From: Leptogorgia sarmentosa
Lineage: Eukaryota
Direction: 5' to 3'
Assembly (NCBI GenBank): GCA_964658305.1
Contig: OZ210885.1
Coordinates: forward strand, 21,514,001 to 21,578,000
DNA length: 64,000 nt
In this document: one piece after another, positions 1-13,425 of the stretch
Layout of the letters: the number at the start of each line of letters is the position of its first letter
Numbering within the stretch: the first letter of the stretch is position 1
The notes under the pieces: generated by a model
Databases searched by the model: none
Seen by the model: only the letters and a program-made list of their open reading frames with translations
Told to the model about the DNA's origin: nothing
Made by a program: the position numbers and the translations under genes

Positions 1-1630
1 TCATCCCAATCTAATCCTCTTGTCCATAATTCTTGTAAAAGAATCTTGGCTCGAACAATAAACAGGGATAAAAATCCTAGAGGATCAAAAATTGTCGCCA
101 CCTTGCTCAATATAGTTCTCTTGCAGAGATGATTCTGAGTACTTTGATCTTTTCCACAGAAAGAAAACACATCTTCCTAACTCCTAATGTTTTAGCTGTC
201 GGCAAGAAGTTACACTCTAAGTCAATATAGCCGAAATTCTGGTGAGATGATATCAAGTACGCTTGATGAATTGGACAACCACTTTCTTGGTTGCATTCCC
301 GCTCTTTTTCATAGTTCAGCTAATTGTTCATATAGTTCAACTGCGATCGTTTCATTCTTGACGGAGTCTAACGAGTTGTCCATATACGTGGATTTTTTAA
401 CAGTTTCGGCCACCAGTGGTAACTCTTCTTTATGCACCTCCGCATTGTGCTGGGCTACGAACTGTGCTTTGAATGGGGCTGATGCATCTCCAAATACGAT
501 TCGTTCAAACTCATAAACGTCAGCCTCCTTCTGTTCTTCTAATAGTAGGAACGGTCAGAAGGTGGTGTTTTAATTTGGGGGTACATCTCTTTAACATCAC
601 AAGCCAACGCTACGGGATAACGACGAAAACGTAGTAATAGGTCAAATATACTATTCTGCAAACTGGGACCTGCTAATATTTCATCGTTAAGAGATCCTCC
701 ATTGGCTCTAGCACTGGCATCGAACACAATTTGAGTTTTCGTAGTGGTTCTCTAAGGACGACATACTGGAAAATGAGGAAGATACCATACTTGATTCTTT
801 GAATTACTTTCTGGGACTTATGACGATTTCTCTATCTTTCGAATATAGCCTTTCTGCTGGTAACTCGCGATTGTCGACTTATAATCTTTTCCAATATTCT
901 TCTGACGTAACGTCTCTTCTCCGTGTTTTGCAATCGACTCAGCACCATGTTGTAATTGTTCTCTGGAATAGGCCGATTCTGATGCCAAGGTACTCCTACT
1001 TGATATCGTTGACCATCAAATTCTATTGAAGCACAAACCTTTTCTAATGCAATTCTCTCATCATTTGTCATTGGTTTGATTTGTTGTTGTGTTCCTAAAG
1101 AATCTATTTCCCAGAATCTCTTTCATGAATGATTTATTTCTTCAAGAACTTTTGGTTTGGTAAAGAATGTGTAAGCATAATGAGATCTGATTGTTCCTGG
1201 TGTTCGTTCTTGATCGTTTTTCATTGCACTGAGATATGATTTTAATCGTATCATCTTGTATCTCGACGACTCATTAGATTGATCTACAATGACGATGAAT
1301 GCTGCCCAAAACTGCTCGAATTTCGTTTTATCTCCATAAAATTTTGCTATTTGAATCGGTTGCATTTTACAATCCATTATTGTTGCTGATTTTGTGGTCT
1401 TTCGTCATATCCCACTCTTCTGAAGTGCTTTCTTTACTAAGTTTACTTGGCGAAGGTTTCGCAAATGTTGATAATAAAAATTCCTTGACCGTAGCCACAT
1501 TCTTATGCGCATCGCTGGTCACATTGTCTTGTTCTTCTTCGATCTTGACGGCACTTCTTTTGTCCCCGATTTCACAATATATTGATATAAGACCTTCTAT
1601 AACTTCTAATAGTTCGAATTTCTTGTCCTT
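1..1630 (-). mobile_element. Degenerate, internally deleted BEL/Pao LTR retrotransposon fragment (gag to RT); continues off the window
   Basis: ORFs 1123-1377 (DUF1759-like KFYGDKTKFEQFWAAF), 832-1071 (YQVGVPW), 539-727 (FDASARANGGSLND..GPSL..LLRFR..VALACDVKEMY); STYMDN RT motif near 375-390; several stops and frameshifts. Confidence 0.9.
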
Positions 1631-1835
1631 TGAAGACTTTGGTATTGAGGGAGAAGGTCCTGTTCCTACCTTGCATCCACCTGTAGTAACTGTTCCACAG
1701 GCCACCATACAACTGTCGGCTGAAGATGAAACAACTATTCAACAAGCAGTCACCTTAATCCCACCAGATGAGAATGGAATTACCTCGTATATAGCAGCTC
1801 TGCAAACATTTGAAAGGGTACACAGTATTGATTAA
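1630..1835 (+). pseudogene. C-terminal fragment of an IS3-like integrase-core protein (copy 1)
   Basis: FGIEGEGPVP..VVTVPQATIQLS...DENGITSYIAAL* matches the C-terminus of the copies at 18785-19097 and 49414-53376. Confidence 0.7.
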
Positions 1836-1849
1836 ATTGTAAATGCAGA

Positions 1850-1935
1850 CATGTGACTTTTAATATGACAAATATAAACAGATGAGTAATGCCATGTGAC
1901 TTTTAATATGACAAATATAAACAGATGAGTAATGC
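1850..1935. repeat. 43-bp tandem duplication (2 copies)
   Basis: CATGTGACTTTTAATATGACAAATATAAACAGATGAGTAATGC repeated head to tail. Confidence 0.95.
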
Positions 1936-2153
1936 CATTATTCAATGAATGTAATTTTTCGCAGTTTGCAACACAATGATGACCTTAACCCATCTAACCC
2001 ATAGTTTAACTAAATGTGTATACCAATCATGCATTGGAACAAAACAATCAAACAAAACTATTCTTAACATTTTTTAGTATAATTCTGCAGTTCAGAAACA
2101 TCTTCAATCTTCATGTCCTGAAGTAGTACTTTTTCACCCTTGGGTTGTACAAA

Positions 2154-3760
2154 TTAGCCTCGTCCATATCCCTGGTATTGAGAAGAAATTGCTACATTCA
2201 TTGCTCTTCGAAAATCATAACTTTTGTGACAAAGAACTGAATACTGTAAAAGCAGGAATCAGCATCCGGATAGATGGCACTAGAACTGGACAACAACGAA
2301 ATTCTTAACATTGTTGATGGGAGGTAAGGGTGCCCAGCGATGAACTGTATAACTTCACTTAGAGAAGAAAGACCAGATAATACACTTTTGCTTTGCTGAA
2401 TTGATTGGCACGCCCCTAAAATTTAAAAATGTATAACATATTATAGTGAGGGCACATATTAATGTAGAAATCTTATAATTTAAATATCCGCCACCCAATA
2501 ATGCGTATGGGGGGAGGGGTGATAAAGTCAATTGATCCCATGTAGTGTACTGAAAAATTATCTAACAGCCAGGGATTGCTGAAAGCCTCAAGAGATTTCG
2601 TTGTGAATGGCCGTGCACAAATAGTTTTCCACTCAAAACTGCATTATAATCAACATATGTATTACCAAGATTGGTGTCGCCTTGTTCAGTTTCACTGATA
2701 TATTGTTGGAACCAATTCATTACTTCTTTCTCTTCACCAATGAGACTAATCAACCATTGTTTGTTGATAACATCAGAAGCAGTCAGCTTTACATCATTCC
2801 TTGAGAGAAAAACATACTTAGTGCAGCTGCGACACAATCGTAAAAATCGCAACAAGGAGACACTTTCCGTAACTACTTCAACTGCAGAACTTCCTTTAAC
2901 TGCTTCAACTCTTCATTTCTTGTTTTGAACACTACATGAATTATTAAACACTGCCAAGCTCTGTGCTTATTCTTTAAAGTGACTAGTTCATTTCCCAAAC
3001 CTGCCTGTGTCAGTAGCAGCAAGACATCATCTTTCATAGCTACATTGCTCAATACATCCTCTGTTTCTGCTTCCTGCATCTAAAAGATAGAGAACATGCT
3101 TAGTACTGCATATCTAAGTTCATGAGAACATAACACAGGATGTGCTTTCTAGCGACATTGTTTAGGACAAGCCAGTTCATACATTTCCCATGCATTAGAT
3201 ATTTCTACTGCTTGTTTTAGACTAAGATGTTACTGGGTAAAAAAGGCACTGCTCACCGGTGAAAGGAACTAACTTACCATTTTTTCCTTGTACAGGAAAC
3301 TGCAATAACATTACCTCTCTAATTTTCTTCTGTATATCATATCAAGATCGGGAATATCCTCAACAGACAAGAAAGTCAAACAACTTTGCATGTCATCTTC
3401 AATAAGGTACTTGTTGATGGCTTTCAACAATCCCACCAGACCAAATTCAGCATGTATGATGGAGTGAACAATCAATCTCCCTGCATACACAAAATACTTG
3501 GAGGCAACATATTCCTGGCTGTGAATAGGTATCAAATAGGCAATCTTTCCTTCAAAAAGCGAAATACCACCCTTGCCCATATGGCAAAGTTCTCTTGTCA
3601 GCCCATCAACATCGATGTCTGCTTTTGCTTGCAAGTTGAAATTTCCAGATTTTAACAGTCGGAACATTGTTCGTAATATTAGAGATGAATTGTGACTAGC
3701 TACAATATGCTGTTCTATCGCATTGTGGTCAACAGCTTGATCTCTAAATACAGTTATTGC
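2154..3760 (-). pseudogene. Spliced HECT-domain E3 ubiquitin ligase (G2E3-like), degenerate (copy 1)
   Basis: Exon ~3760-3315 DVDGLTRELC..LFEG..GRLIVHSIIH; exon from 3079; last exon 2415-2154 IQFIAG..YPDADSC(catalytic-position Cys)..GYGRG*; GT-AG boundaries; frameshifts. Confidence 0.75.
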
Positions 3761-3933
3761 TTGTCATGGTGACATTTGTGTGATGATTTGTGTGACAATG
3801 GCATATTCTCTGTAACATTGTCATCACAACCTCTAGGCATGTTGTCAGCATTATCAGCAACACCTGCACCAATAATTAGACTAGGAATCCAAGGATAGTG
3901 CAAAGTTTCTATGAAGATATCGAGCTATAAAAA

Positions 3934-4014
3934 AGCTGATGTTACACTGGACGAGTTTTGACGGCTTGTTGCAATGCGAATTGTCGTTAAAAATCATTCC
4001 ACGTAACATCAGCT
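3934..4014. mobile_element. 81-bp Harbinger-type mini-MITE
   Basis: Terminal inverted repeat AGCTGATGTTAC...GTAACATCAGCT. Confidence 0.6.
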
Positions 4015-4225
4015 CAAAGAGAAACTTGATGTAATACCATAAAACAATTTAAAAGGTTTTATAGCCATAAACGAACTGGGTGTAAAAACTGAAAAGGAAA
4101 TTTCCCAGCGATTAAAAAAGATTTCGTCTAGCTTTCTCTGATCTCGAATTTCGAAGGCAATTGTGCTGTTTTGAGCAAGTAAAAGGATTACGCAAACGGA
4201 CATCCACCAAAACAAGGTTTTCGAA

Positions 4226-4350
4226 ATTTAGGGTTAGATTAAGGATTGGGTTGGGGTTATGTTGGGGGTGTATTTACGGGTTAGGGTGGAATTGGTTAGG
4301 GTCAGATTAAGGATTGGGTTGGGTATACGTCTGTGTGTGGGAGTAGGGGT
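4226..4350 (+). repeat. G/T-rich, degenerate TTAGGG-like tract (left copy)
   Basis: Several TTAGGG and TTGGG runs; AGATTAAGGATTGGGTTGGG occurs twice; shares blocks with 10355-10450. Confidence 0.8.
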
Positions 4351-4599
4351 GCCAGGAATTTTCTTTTGAGAATTGGAGGTGTAAAGTCTGTGGTTACATG
4401 AAGTGTAACCCTAGATAAACATTAGTCCACTGACAAAAAATAGCCAAAATACTATAAAATTTTGTTATCTACTTAATATATTAGTCTTTAGTTAGTTGTT
4501 TTAAGTTAATAGTCATTATTGCTTATTGAGGCATATTTTCTTTGAATCGTACGTAAAATATCGCATAAAAGAATTGCCTTCTGAGGTTTGAAGAAGACT

Positions 4600-7500
4600 T
4601 TGGTGATATCTCTGACGCAGCTGGGAGCCAATCAGCGAGATAAGTTCTGATATGTAACAACTTAGAGATTTCCTAACCCCAACAGTTCATAGTCCATGTC
4701 GACTGAGGGCAGAAAGCGAGTCAAAAATCTCTGTTGGAGATTCCTCCTTGAGCATTCCACCAAGGAATAAGTTTCCTAGTCCTGACCCAAGAGATCCTTT
4801 CCCACACATTCCAGTTAGCCGTCCTGATGCTCCAGCAAGAGATTCCTTTCCACACATTCCAGTCAGCCGTCCTGATGCTCCAGCAAGAGATTCCTTTCCA
4901 CACGTTCCAGTAAGATATTCTTTCCCGCATGTTCCAGTTAGCCATCCTAGTTTTGCGATGAGGAATTGTTTCCCACATGTCTCATTTGGTGCTCCAAATG
5001 TTCCAAGAGGAAATCCCATTCCACCCGTCGTAGTTGGTGACAAACATTCCTCAACATATGTTCCGATTGATAGATTGTACAATCCAGGACAGAATTCCTT
5101 TCCATTTTATCCAAGAACGGAACGGGGTGTTTCTGTTGGCTATTACCCACAGAATATCCCAGTTGGCATGTCGAATCCCCCAAATGTTACATCTCGGAAC
5201 CTGCATCCGAATACCACAATTGGTGCGTGTCAAGAAGATCCATGCATTTCAAGGGACGACCTGTTAATGACCTCGCTCCCGCAATGGAATGTCGAAGCAC
5301 CAGTGTTCTACCCGAATAGTACAGAATATCCACAGCAATGGGAGACAGTACAGATTACTGATGCTTGGATGATGATTGCGGATGCTATCAGACAAGGACC
5401 AACATTGCCGAAGATCGACTTAATGGTGTTTGCTGGTGATCCATTAGAATTTTCAGAATTTGTCACTAATTTCAAGGACAATATTGAAAGCCAAATACCA
5501 AGATTCCCAAAGATTAACGAGATTGCTGGCCCAATGTTCGGGAAAAGCCAAAGAATCCATCAGAAGTTGTGTGAACCTTCCTGTTGTCACAAGGTACGAG
5601 GTAGCTTGGAAGATCTTGAAGCAGAACTTTGGTCAACCTTATATGGTCGCAGAAGCTCATATCAGGAGATTGACACAAATGCAATTAAAGAGAGCCGATG
5701 CATTCGCCCTGATGGAATTCTCGAGGCGTCTAGTGGATGCTCAAAGGACATTGAGTAATCTTGGTACCTGTTTTGTGAATCGACTAGACAACAAAGATTT
5801 AATTGTCAGTTTGATGAGAAAATTACCTGAAGATAATATTAAAAGGCGAGGGGCCGATACAGCAGGGGATCTTATCAAGCGTAAAGGTCAAGTCCAATTT
5901 ACAGACTTTTCAGAATTTGTTCAGAAGACTGCTGAACGTTTGAACAACCGATTTGCGTTAGAATTAAAGTTATCGAGGGAAAGAAAGACTTCCGACAAGC
6001 TAGAACCTAGAAGAATTAATACCTATGCCATGCAGACTAAAATTCAATCACAAAGAGGAAGAAATGTATATGAGTGCCTTTCATGTTCGGGTTCTCATGG
6101 AGTTTGGCGATGTCCGATATTTAAAGCTGCAACATTAACTGAGAAGTTAAAAGTCGTTAATCAGCAGCAGCTTTGTAGAAGATGTCTAGAGGAGGGTCAT
6201 TTTGCTGCATCTTGCAAAAGGAAATTCGTCTGTTTAAAGAAAGGTTGTGGAAAAGAACACCATTGGTTAATCCATCCGGAAGAAAGGAAACAGAAGGATG
6301 ATGCCGATGATCCTCGAAATGGCAAACCTGAGATAGAGAATGTTAATCCTAATTTTCCAGTAAAGAATGCCCTGAATTCCCAAGTAGACGCTACCAACAA
6401 TCATGCTACGGTCGCGACCATCGGAGTCAACCAACCTAGAATTTGTTTTAAAGTTGTCCCTGTCAAGATCCAAAGTCCAAACGGTGAGAAGGAAGTGACC
6501 ACTTACGCGTTTCTAGACAGTGGCTCTGATACTACCCTTTGTCTGAATACTTTAGCAGACGAGCTCGGCTTAGATAGTACTGCAGTGGATTACACGATGG
6601 TCACGATGAACGATAGGAGAGTAAAACAGGGACATCGAGTTTGTTTACAGATAAGTTCATTGGACGGTGAGACATATTTCAAGCTTGATAGTGTTCTGAC
6701 TATGGACCGGCTGTCGGTAACAACAAAGCATTTCGTGACTGAAGAGCAAGTACACAAATGGCCACATCTTAATGGGATTCATTTGCCACAAATCGAAGAC
6801 AAGAGAGTTAAGATCCTAATTGGTATGGACCGTCCAGATGTGATTGAGAATGACATCGAGAAACGAAAAGGTAGAAGGGGAAAACTCCGTTAGGATGGAC
6901 TGTGTGCGGCCTGATATCAGAGAACGGAGGGGATATAAGTGATGACACCTTCGTTAATTTCATTCAAAGCGAACATGTTGGTATTGATGAGCAATTACAG
7001 TGTATGTACAACATAGAATTTGGTGGCACTTTCGTGGATACTTACCCAGCATCTTCAATCGAAGATCGCAAAGCTACAAGCATAATGGAGGAATCTGCAC
7101 GCTTGGTAGACGGACACTATCAGTTGTGCCTTCCATTTTGCCACGACGTTCCCGAGCTTCCTGATAATTATGAAGTTGCTGTGAAGAGGTTGAACCTTCT
7201 GAAGAAACGATTGGCCAAGGACTAACAACTCCGCGAGCAATACATAACCATTATGAAACGCTATGAAGAAGAAGGAGCGTCAAAGATTGTAACTGATGAT
7301 GACCTTCGTAAGTTAAGCCCTATTTGGTTCCTACCGCACCATGCAGTCTACCACCCGAGAAAGCCAAACAAGCCAAGGATTGTCTTCGATTGTGCCTCTG
7401 AATGTAATGGTAAATCATTGAACCACAAGCTCCTACAAGGTCCTGATAATACAAGCTCACTCTTTGGAGTCATTTTACGTTTCAGAGTTGATGAAATAGC

Positions 7501-10260
7501 TGTAGCTGCAGACATTAAACGAATGTTCCTATATGTTGCTCCCAAAGACCGAGGCATTGTGTTACTGAACTTATGGTGGCCCGACGGGAATATCAACGTT
7601 CAGCCGAGAACATACCAAATGCTCGTGCATATATTCGGAGCTAAATCCTCGCCGAGTGTCGCTGGATATGCAATGAGGAGGACAGCAGAGGACAACAAGC
7701 ACGATTTCCCATGGGAAGTAGTCGATGCTGTATGGCGAGATTTTTATGTAGATGATCTGCTGAAGTCATTCCCGGATGTCTTCGTGCTATTACGTGTTCT
7801 AAACAGTTACAGAATCTCTTGCATAGAGGTGGCTTCCAATTGACTAAGTGGATTTCGAACAGTCGAGAGGTTGTTTCAGCCTTTCCGGAAGATCAACGTT
7901 CCCCATCTGTGAAGGATTTAGATATGGACTTCGATAGATTACCAATGGAGAAAGCATTGGGATCTCATTGGGATATTGAGGAAGACAAGTTCAAAATGAT
8001 TGTTAGTACAAAACAGTATCCTCAAAATAGAAAGGGAGTCCTCTCTTCGGTAGCCTCCATCTACGATCCACTTGGATTTTCCAGTCCATTGATACTACCT
8101 GGCAAAGAAATCAATCAGGAGCTTTGCAAGTTGAAATATTCATGGGACGATGAGCTTCCAGCTGATTTAGCCCTGAGATGGCAGGAGTGGAGAGCATCGT
8201 TGGCTGCGATGGATGATTATGGAATCCTGCGTTGCTTCAAACCTTCTCAATTTGGCAACATTGTTAGGATCGAGATCCACCATTTCGCTGACGCTTCCGA
8301 GAATCACGGGTATGGTATGGTTTTGTACATACGTTTCGTTAATGATCTGGGACGAGTTCATTGTGGTTTCGTGATGACCAAATCTAGAGTCAAGCCACTA
8401 AGAGCTGGGATCACCATCACCAAAGCTTGAGTTAACTGCAGCCACTTTAGCCGTTAATATGAACGAACTTATCAAGAAGGAATTGTCTGGAAGGCTACGT
8501 ATAGACGAGACGTATTTCTGGACGGATTCATATCTTGTTTTAAGATATATTCGAAGTTTGAAGTTTGTTGCGAATAGAGTAGCAATCATCCGAGAGGGAT
8601 CAAGACCGTCGCAGTGGAATTATGTGAAATCTGAAGAAAATCCTGCTGATTACGCTTCTCAAGGAATGAGATCTACGGAAGAACTAAAGTTAAAAATCTG
8701 GCGTCAAGGTCCAGCCTTCTTATGGGCAGACAAATGCGAATGGCCAGCCCAACCTGAAAAAATCTCAACGGAGCTTACCGGATCTGATTTTGGAGTGAGA
8801 GAAGAAGAAATTGCGGTGAATACGACGGCTGTTCAGGATGAATTCTGGGTATCCTTATTAAAACGATATTCTACCTGGAGAAGAATGTTTCGAATCGTTG
8901 CTTGGTTACTTACGATTTGTAACAAATTTAGATTGCTTGGGAGAAAATGCGAGTCTGGATCAACTGAAACGGAATATCCGAATCACGTAACACTCTCGGC
9001 TCAGACAGGAGCTAAGAAGATGATCGTGAAACATGTCCAAAGGCAAGCTTTCTCAGAGGAAATCTTTGATATTGAGTCTTATTCGGGGTCTAAGAAAGGA
9101 AATAGCCTCTCGAAGTTGAAACCGTTCGTCCAGGATCGCATTTTACGAGTTGGAGGAAGATTAAAGCACTCAGATTTGGTATTCGATGCTAAACATCCGA
9201 TGATCATGCCTGGTGAACACCACATTACCCAAAAGATTACAGTATACTCCATTATCATATCCTATATGGGCATGTTGGAACTCATCAAACTCTCACTGAG
9301 ACAAGGCAAAAGTTTTGGATCTTGAAGGGCGTTCCATCAGTCAGAAGAGTCCTACGTAATTGTCATGAATGCAAGCGACAGAGTGCAAGATATGGTGAAC
9401 AGATTATGGCTCCTCTTCCACCTGTAAGAGTATCGGAGGATAGGGATCGGGTTGCCTGTCCCTTTTCCACCATCGGTGTCGATTATTTTGGCCCATTTTA
9501 TGTCACACGGGGGAAATCAACCAGATCAGCGAAAGCAACTTCAAGTTTGAACAAGCGTTATGGATGTATTTTTACCTGCCTTCGATACAGAGCTGTCCAT
9601 AATGAAATTGCAAATGATCTGTCTACGGAGAGTTTTATCAACGCAGTATTACGTTTTGTAGCAAGAAGGGGACCACCGTCGGTCATTGACAGCGACAATG
9701 GAAAGAACTTCCGAGGAGCTGAATTAGATATTTTAAAGGCGATGAAAATTTGGAATCAAGAGCAAATAAGATACAATGTACAAGAGAAGGAAATTGAGTG
9801 GAAGTTCAATCCACCAGCCGCTAGCCATTATGGTGGCGTATGGGAACATCTAATTCGCTCTATACGACGAATATTACATGCAATGATTGGAGAACAGTTA
9901 GTGAACGAGGAAACCCTAACAACATTTATAACTGAAGTAGAGAAGATCATGAATGATCGTCCGATTACGCCTGTTCCAAGCGAAGCAGAAGATTTGAAGG
10001 CACTAACTCCAAATGATATTTTATTAATGCGAAGAAATTCTTGCGTTTCTCCAGAGGATGAGAGAAATCTTGATCGATATCAAGCAAGATGGAAACACGT
10101 TCATCATCTTGCTAATCAATTCTATACCCGTTGGATAAAAGAGTATTTGTCCCAACTCCAAGAAAGTCAGAAGTGGTTGAAAAGCAGACCCAATTTCCGA
10201 GTGGGAGATCTTGTTTTGTAACTGGTAAGTTGGAGATCTTGTTCTTGTAACTAGTAAAGA
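4600..10260 (+). mobile_element. BEL/Pao gag-pol, degenerate (frameshifts and stops), no clean LTR pair
   Basis: DUF1759 (FAGDPLEFSEF), Cys/His knuckles, protease FLDSGS, RT FYVDDLL, RNase H HFADAS/WTDS, integrase GVDYFGP..SDNGKNF..GGVWEHLIRS; ends in a ~27-bp tandem duplication at ~10203-10254. Confidence 0.93.
4787..4990 (+). repeat. 48-bp coding minisatellite in BEL gag
   Basis: RDSFPHIPVSRPDAPA unit, about 2.5 near-perfect copies plus degenerate FPHV units. Confidence 0.9.
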
Positions 10261-10272
10261 CACAACACGCGT

Positions 10273-10750
10273 GTTGGGAGGGTTTTGGTTGTTTGTGTGA
10301 GTGGAGAGGAAGAGGTTGAGGAGGTTGGGGATTGGGTTAGGTCAAGGGTGTATTGATCAGATTAAGGATTGGGTTGGGGTTATGTCGAGAGTGTCCTCAA
10401 GGGTTCGGATTTGATTGGTTAGGGTCAGATTAAAAATTGGGTTGGGGTTAGGACAGGGGTCCATTTAGGGATTAAGGTTGGAAGTGGTTAGGGCAGGTTT
10501 AGGATTTGGGTTGGGATTAGATTTCGATTGAGGTGATCGGTGGCAGTTGTATTGTGTGGTGCTTCCTCTTGGAACGATCGTAGAAGGAAAAGGGAAGTTG
10601 GAGTTGTTCAAGTGGAAGCAAGCATGATGATGGTCTAAGGGTTTAGGTGCAGGATTTGGATGGGGGTTGGCTTTAAGGCTTAGTTTTATGACTTGGGATG
10701 GATCAGTTGGGGTCAGGATTGGGTTTTGGGATAGGGTGTGATTTGATTTG
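10273..10750 (+). repeat. G/T-rich, degenerate TTAGGG-like tract (right copy)
   Basis: Dense GGG runs (TTAGGG, TTGGG, TTAGG) on one strand only. Confidence 0.8.
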
Positions 10751-11059
10751 GACACATTTATCCATATTATATTATTATTATCTTATTATATTAGACATAA
10801 TTAGTCCACTTAATTAATGAGGAATGTGTGAGGTGATTGACACATAGTTAGGTAGATTAAAATCAGTGAGGTTGAAAGATAGGAATGAGTCGAAGACTGA
10901 CTGTGAGAGAGATCTGAGTGCGTGAACGAGAGTGAGTGTTTTTTCTTAATAAAATTTTACAAAACCAAATTCGCTTTGTTGAGGCCTGTGTTGCTTAATA
11001 CCTATTAGTAAGGGTCAATTTACTAAAGTTCTCTGAGATTTGTCTCATTCGTGACAACC

Positions 11060-12413
11060 TGTAGTTGAAAACTCTTTCTTCAACTGTAAGGCCTTTGTGA
11101 GGAAATAGCTTCATCAGGTAGGTAGTCAGCCCAAAAGCATCGTCACCAGTGAGAAACATATGGGACAGGCATTGTCCTACCTGTTAGTGGTTTTGGTGGT
11201 GGCAGGTTAAGTGAATTGGTAGAAGAAGAAAGGTTAATTCTAAAATCAGATGTATGCCAAATAGTACCATTTGAAGCCCTCCCATTTGTGCCAATATCTG
11301 CCCGAAGAACGTCATAACTTGGCCCAATGACTGCCATTGAAATAACACTATTATTTCCTTTATAATCAAAATAGTGAGATCCTGAACCTTGTGGCTTTGG
11401 ATGTTTATTCTTTTACCATCCACTGCCCCGATTCTATCTGGAAAGTCCCAGCGATTGTTGACGATTTCAGCTATTCTCAACCATTCCTGTGTTGTGTTTG
11501 GGGTTTTTAATAACTGTGGCCCTAGCAAATTATAAATTGCCTGGGAAGTTTCCATGACAATTTCTGAAATTGCTGGTCTGCTAATTCGAAATTGAAATTG
11601 CAATGATTGGAAGGATTCCCCAGTGGCTAAATACCTGAATGTTATTGCCAGTCGTTCATCTGGTTTAATAGATTGACGCATAATCGTGTTTTCTTTTAGT
11701 GTTTGGGCAGTGATAGCTTCAACAATATACTTAAACTGTACTTTATTCATTCGGAAAAAAGCTTGGTAGCTTGTCTCATCTTCAAGGACAAGTTCAGCAA
11801 CCAACTACAAAACAGAATAATTTATACATTATGAACTTCGAAAAAGCTTGCAATGATACCTCCATATATGGCATAAACGTGTCCCCAACTTCCATAATTA
11901 TATGGAACGAACCTGTCCCAATAATGCTTCAATGTTCTTAGCAATGTTTTAGCTGTAAATTTGAATGATTTGAAGAAAACGCACGTTTAATTGGGGGTTC
12001 AAAAAATGAAAATATATTTTCCAGGCCAGACCGAGCTGCATCTGACGTAATCAATTGCATCCAGTGATTGTATCATAGATATAGGATTACATCTCACTTG
12101 TTACAATTTGAATATATCACATGGTGCAGATTTAGAACACTGATTGGTTACATTAGGTAATTGTTCCTACCCTCTTCTTTCCCCCCTCGTTTCATATTAG
12201 GTTAGTTATAGTTTTTAGGCTGGCTGAAAGTTTGAAAGGGTTTAGCAATTTGACAAAATAGCTTTCCGCCATCTTGAATTCATGCTGGCGCGGGATTGCA
12301 GGTAGCAAAACAAGTCGCATTCTCGTCTGACATGTCACTGCAACTTGCAATATTTAGTTTTAAAAATATTGCATTGCAAGTTGCAAGAAAAATTGCACAG
12401 TGTAATATGACCT
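11060..12413 (-). mobile_element. PIF/Harbinger transposon 5' half with HARBI1-like transposase pseudogene (11060-11805)
   Basis: FRMNK..PDERLAITFRYLATGESFQSLQFQFRIS..IGAVDGK..GDDAF; terminal GTGTAATATGACCT followed by TTA at 12400-12416. Confidence 0.85.
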
Positions 12414-12548
12414 TTAGGTCGCGTTCAAGTCGAGAGGATACAGAAGTTGTCTGCATAAAACCGGAAATAGGGGCTTACCACCTGGGGACAAAGTTCCGTA
12501 GGTATATATAAACTGAGAATAAACTATGGTGTGCCAAGATGGACAATA

Positions 12549-13425
12549 ATAGATAATCTTATTTTGTTCTGGTCCGTAACTCCCGTTACAGCAACAAAAA
12601 CTCGTAAGTATGAACAAAACAAAACATTCTTGGCGAAATATTTCGGTGTCTAAGGTGTATTTTAACCATGTTTGTATCGTGAAACGAACGGGAAAATAAA
12701 TAATTTTAATAAGTTTACCTTTTTCGTAGTAATGTTGAGTAGAAAAGCATCATTTTGAAGCAAATGCGTCAATATTGAAGGGTTTTTTCTCACTTCATCT
12801 TGGCTGTTTAGCAGCCATACTTGCGATAGAGTAGCAAAGTAAACAAACACACTGATCTCAAATCTAGTTCGCAACGCTGGGATTTCTTATGAGTTTTTTT
12901 TTTCTGCTCTAAGCTATAATACAAGATATTTACCATAGGTTGGTCCGTACTGGAAAATATTTTGTTGAGACCTCGACAAAATATTTTCCAGTACGGACCT
13001 CCCAGCTAGTAAATAACATATATTTATTTTTTCCGGTCCGTAACTTCCGGTCCGTAACCTAAATAGAGCTTTCTGATTGGTTGCCAAGCAGTCTGTATCC
13101 TACTGTACGGACCGCTCGCATTCTCGTAGATACAAATATAGTCAGTGTTTTTGTTTTTTAAAATTGAATGGCCGCTTTTTAAAACATTCAAAACGAATTT
13201 AGGCGATAAAGAACACATGAAAGTTCATTTTATTATGCTAAGGCATATTTTAGGGGGTATTTACAGCGACAAAAACTCATAAGTATGAACAAAACAAAAC
13301 ATTCTCGGCGAAATATTTTGGTGTCTAAAGCGTAATTTAACCACGTTTGTATCGTGAAAATAAATAATTTTAATAAGTTTACCTTTTTTGTAGTAATGTT
13401 GAGTGGAAAAGCGTAAATAACATAT
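12549..13425 (+). mobile_element. Hairpin-headed non-autonomous repeat (Crypton-like), with a partial tandem copy
   Basis: Palindrome GGTCCGTACTGGAAAATATTTTGT...ACAAAATATTTTCCAGTACGGACC at ~12942-12999; ~150-bp direct repeat 12586-12748 / 13261-13412. Confidence 0.6.

Noticed and set aside
1299..1835. 178-aa + strand ORF as one gene
   Set aside because: Chimeric: the first ~110 codons are antisense BEL gag; only the end is the integrase fragment.
4226..10750. True telomere or telomere fusion
   Set aside because: No perfect (TTAGGG)n array and no head-to-head orientation.
10465..10755. Pro/Asn-rich ORF
   Set aside because: Translation artefact of the C-rich strand of the G-rich repeat.
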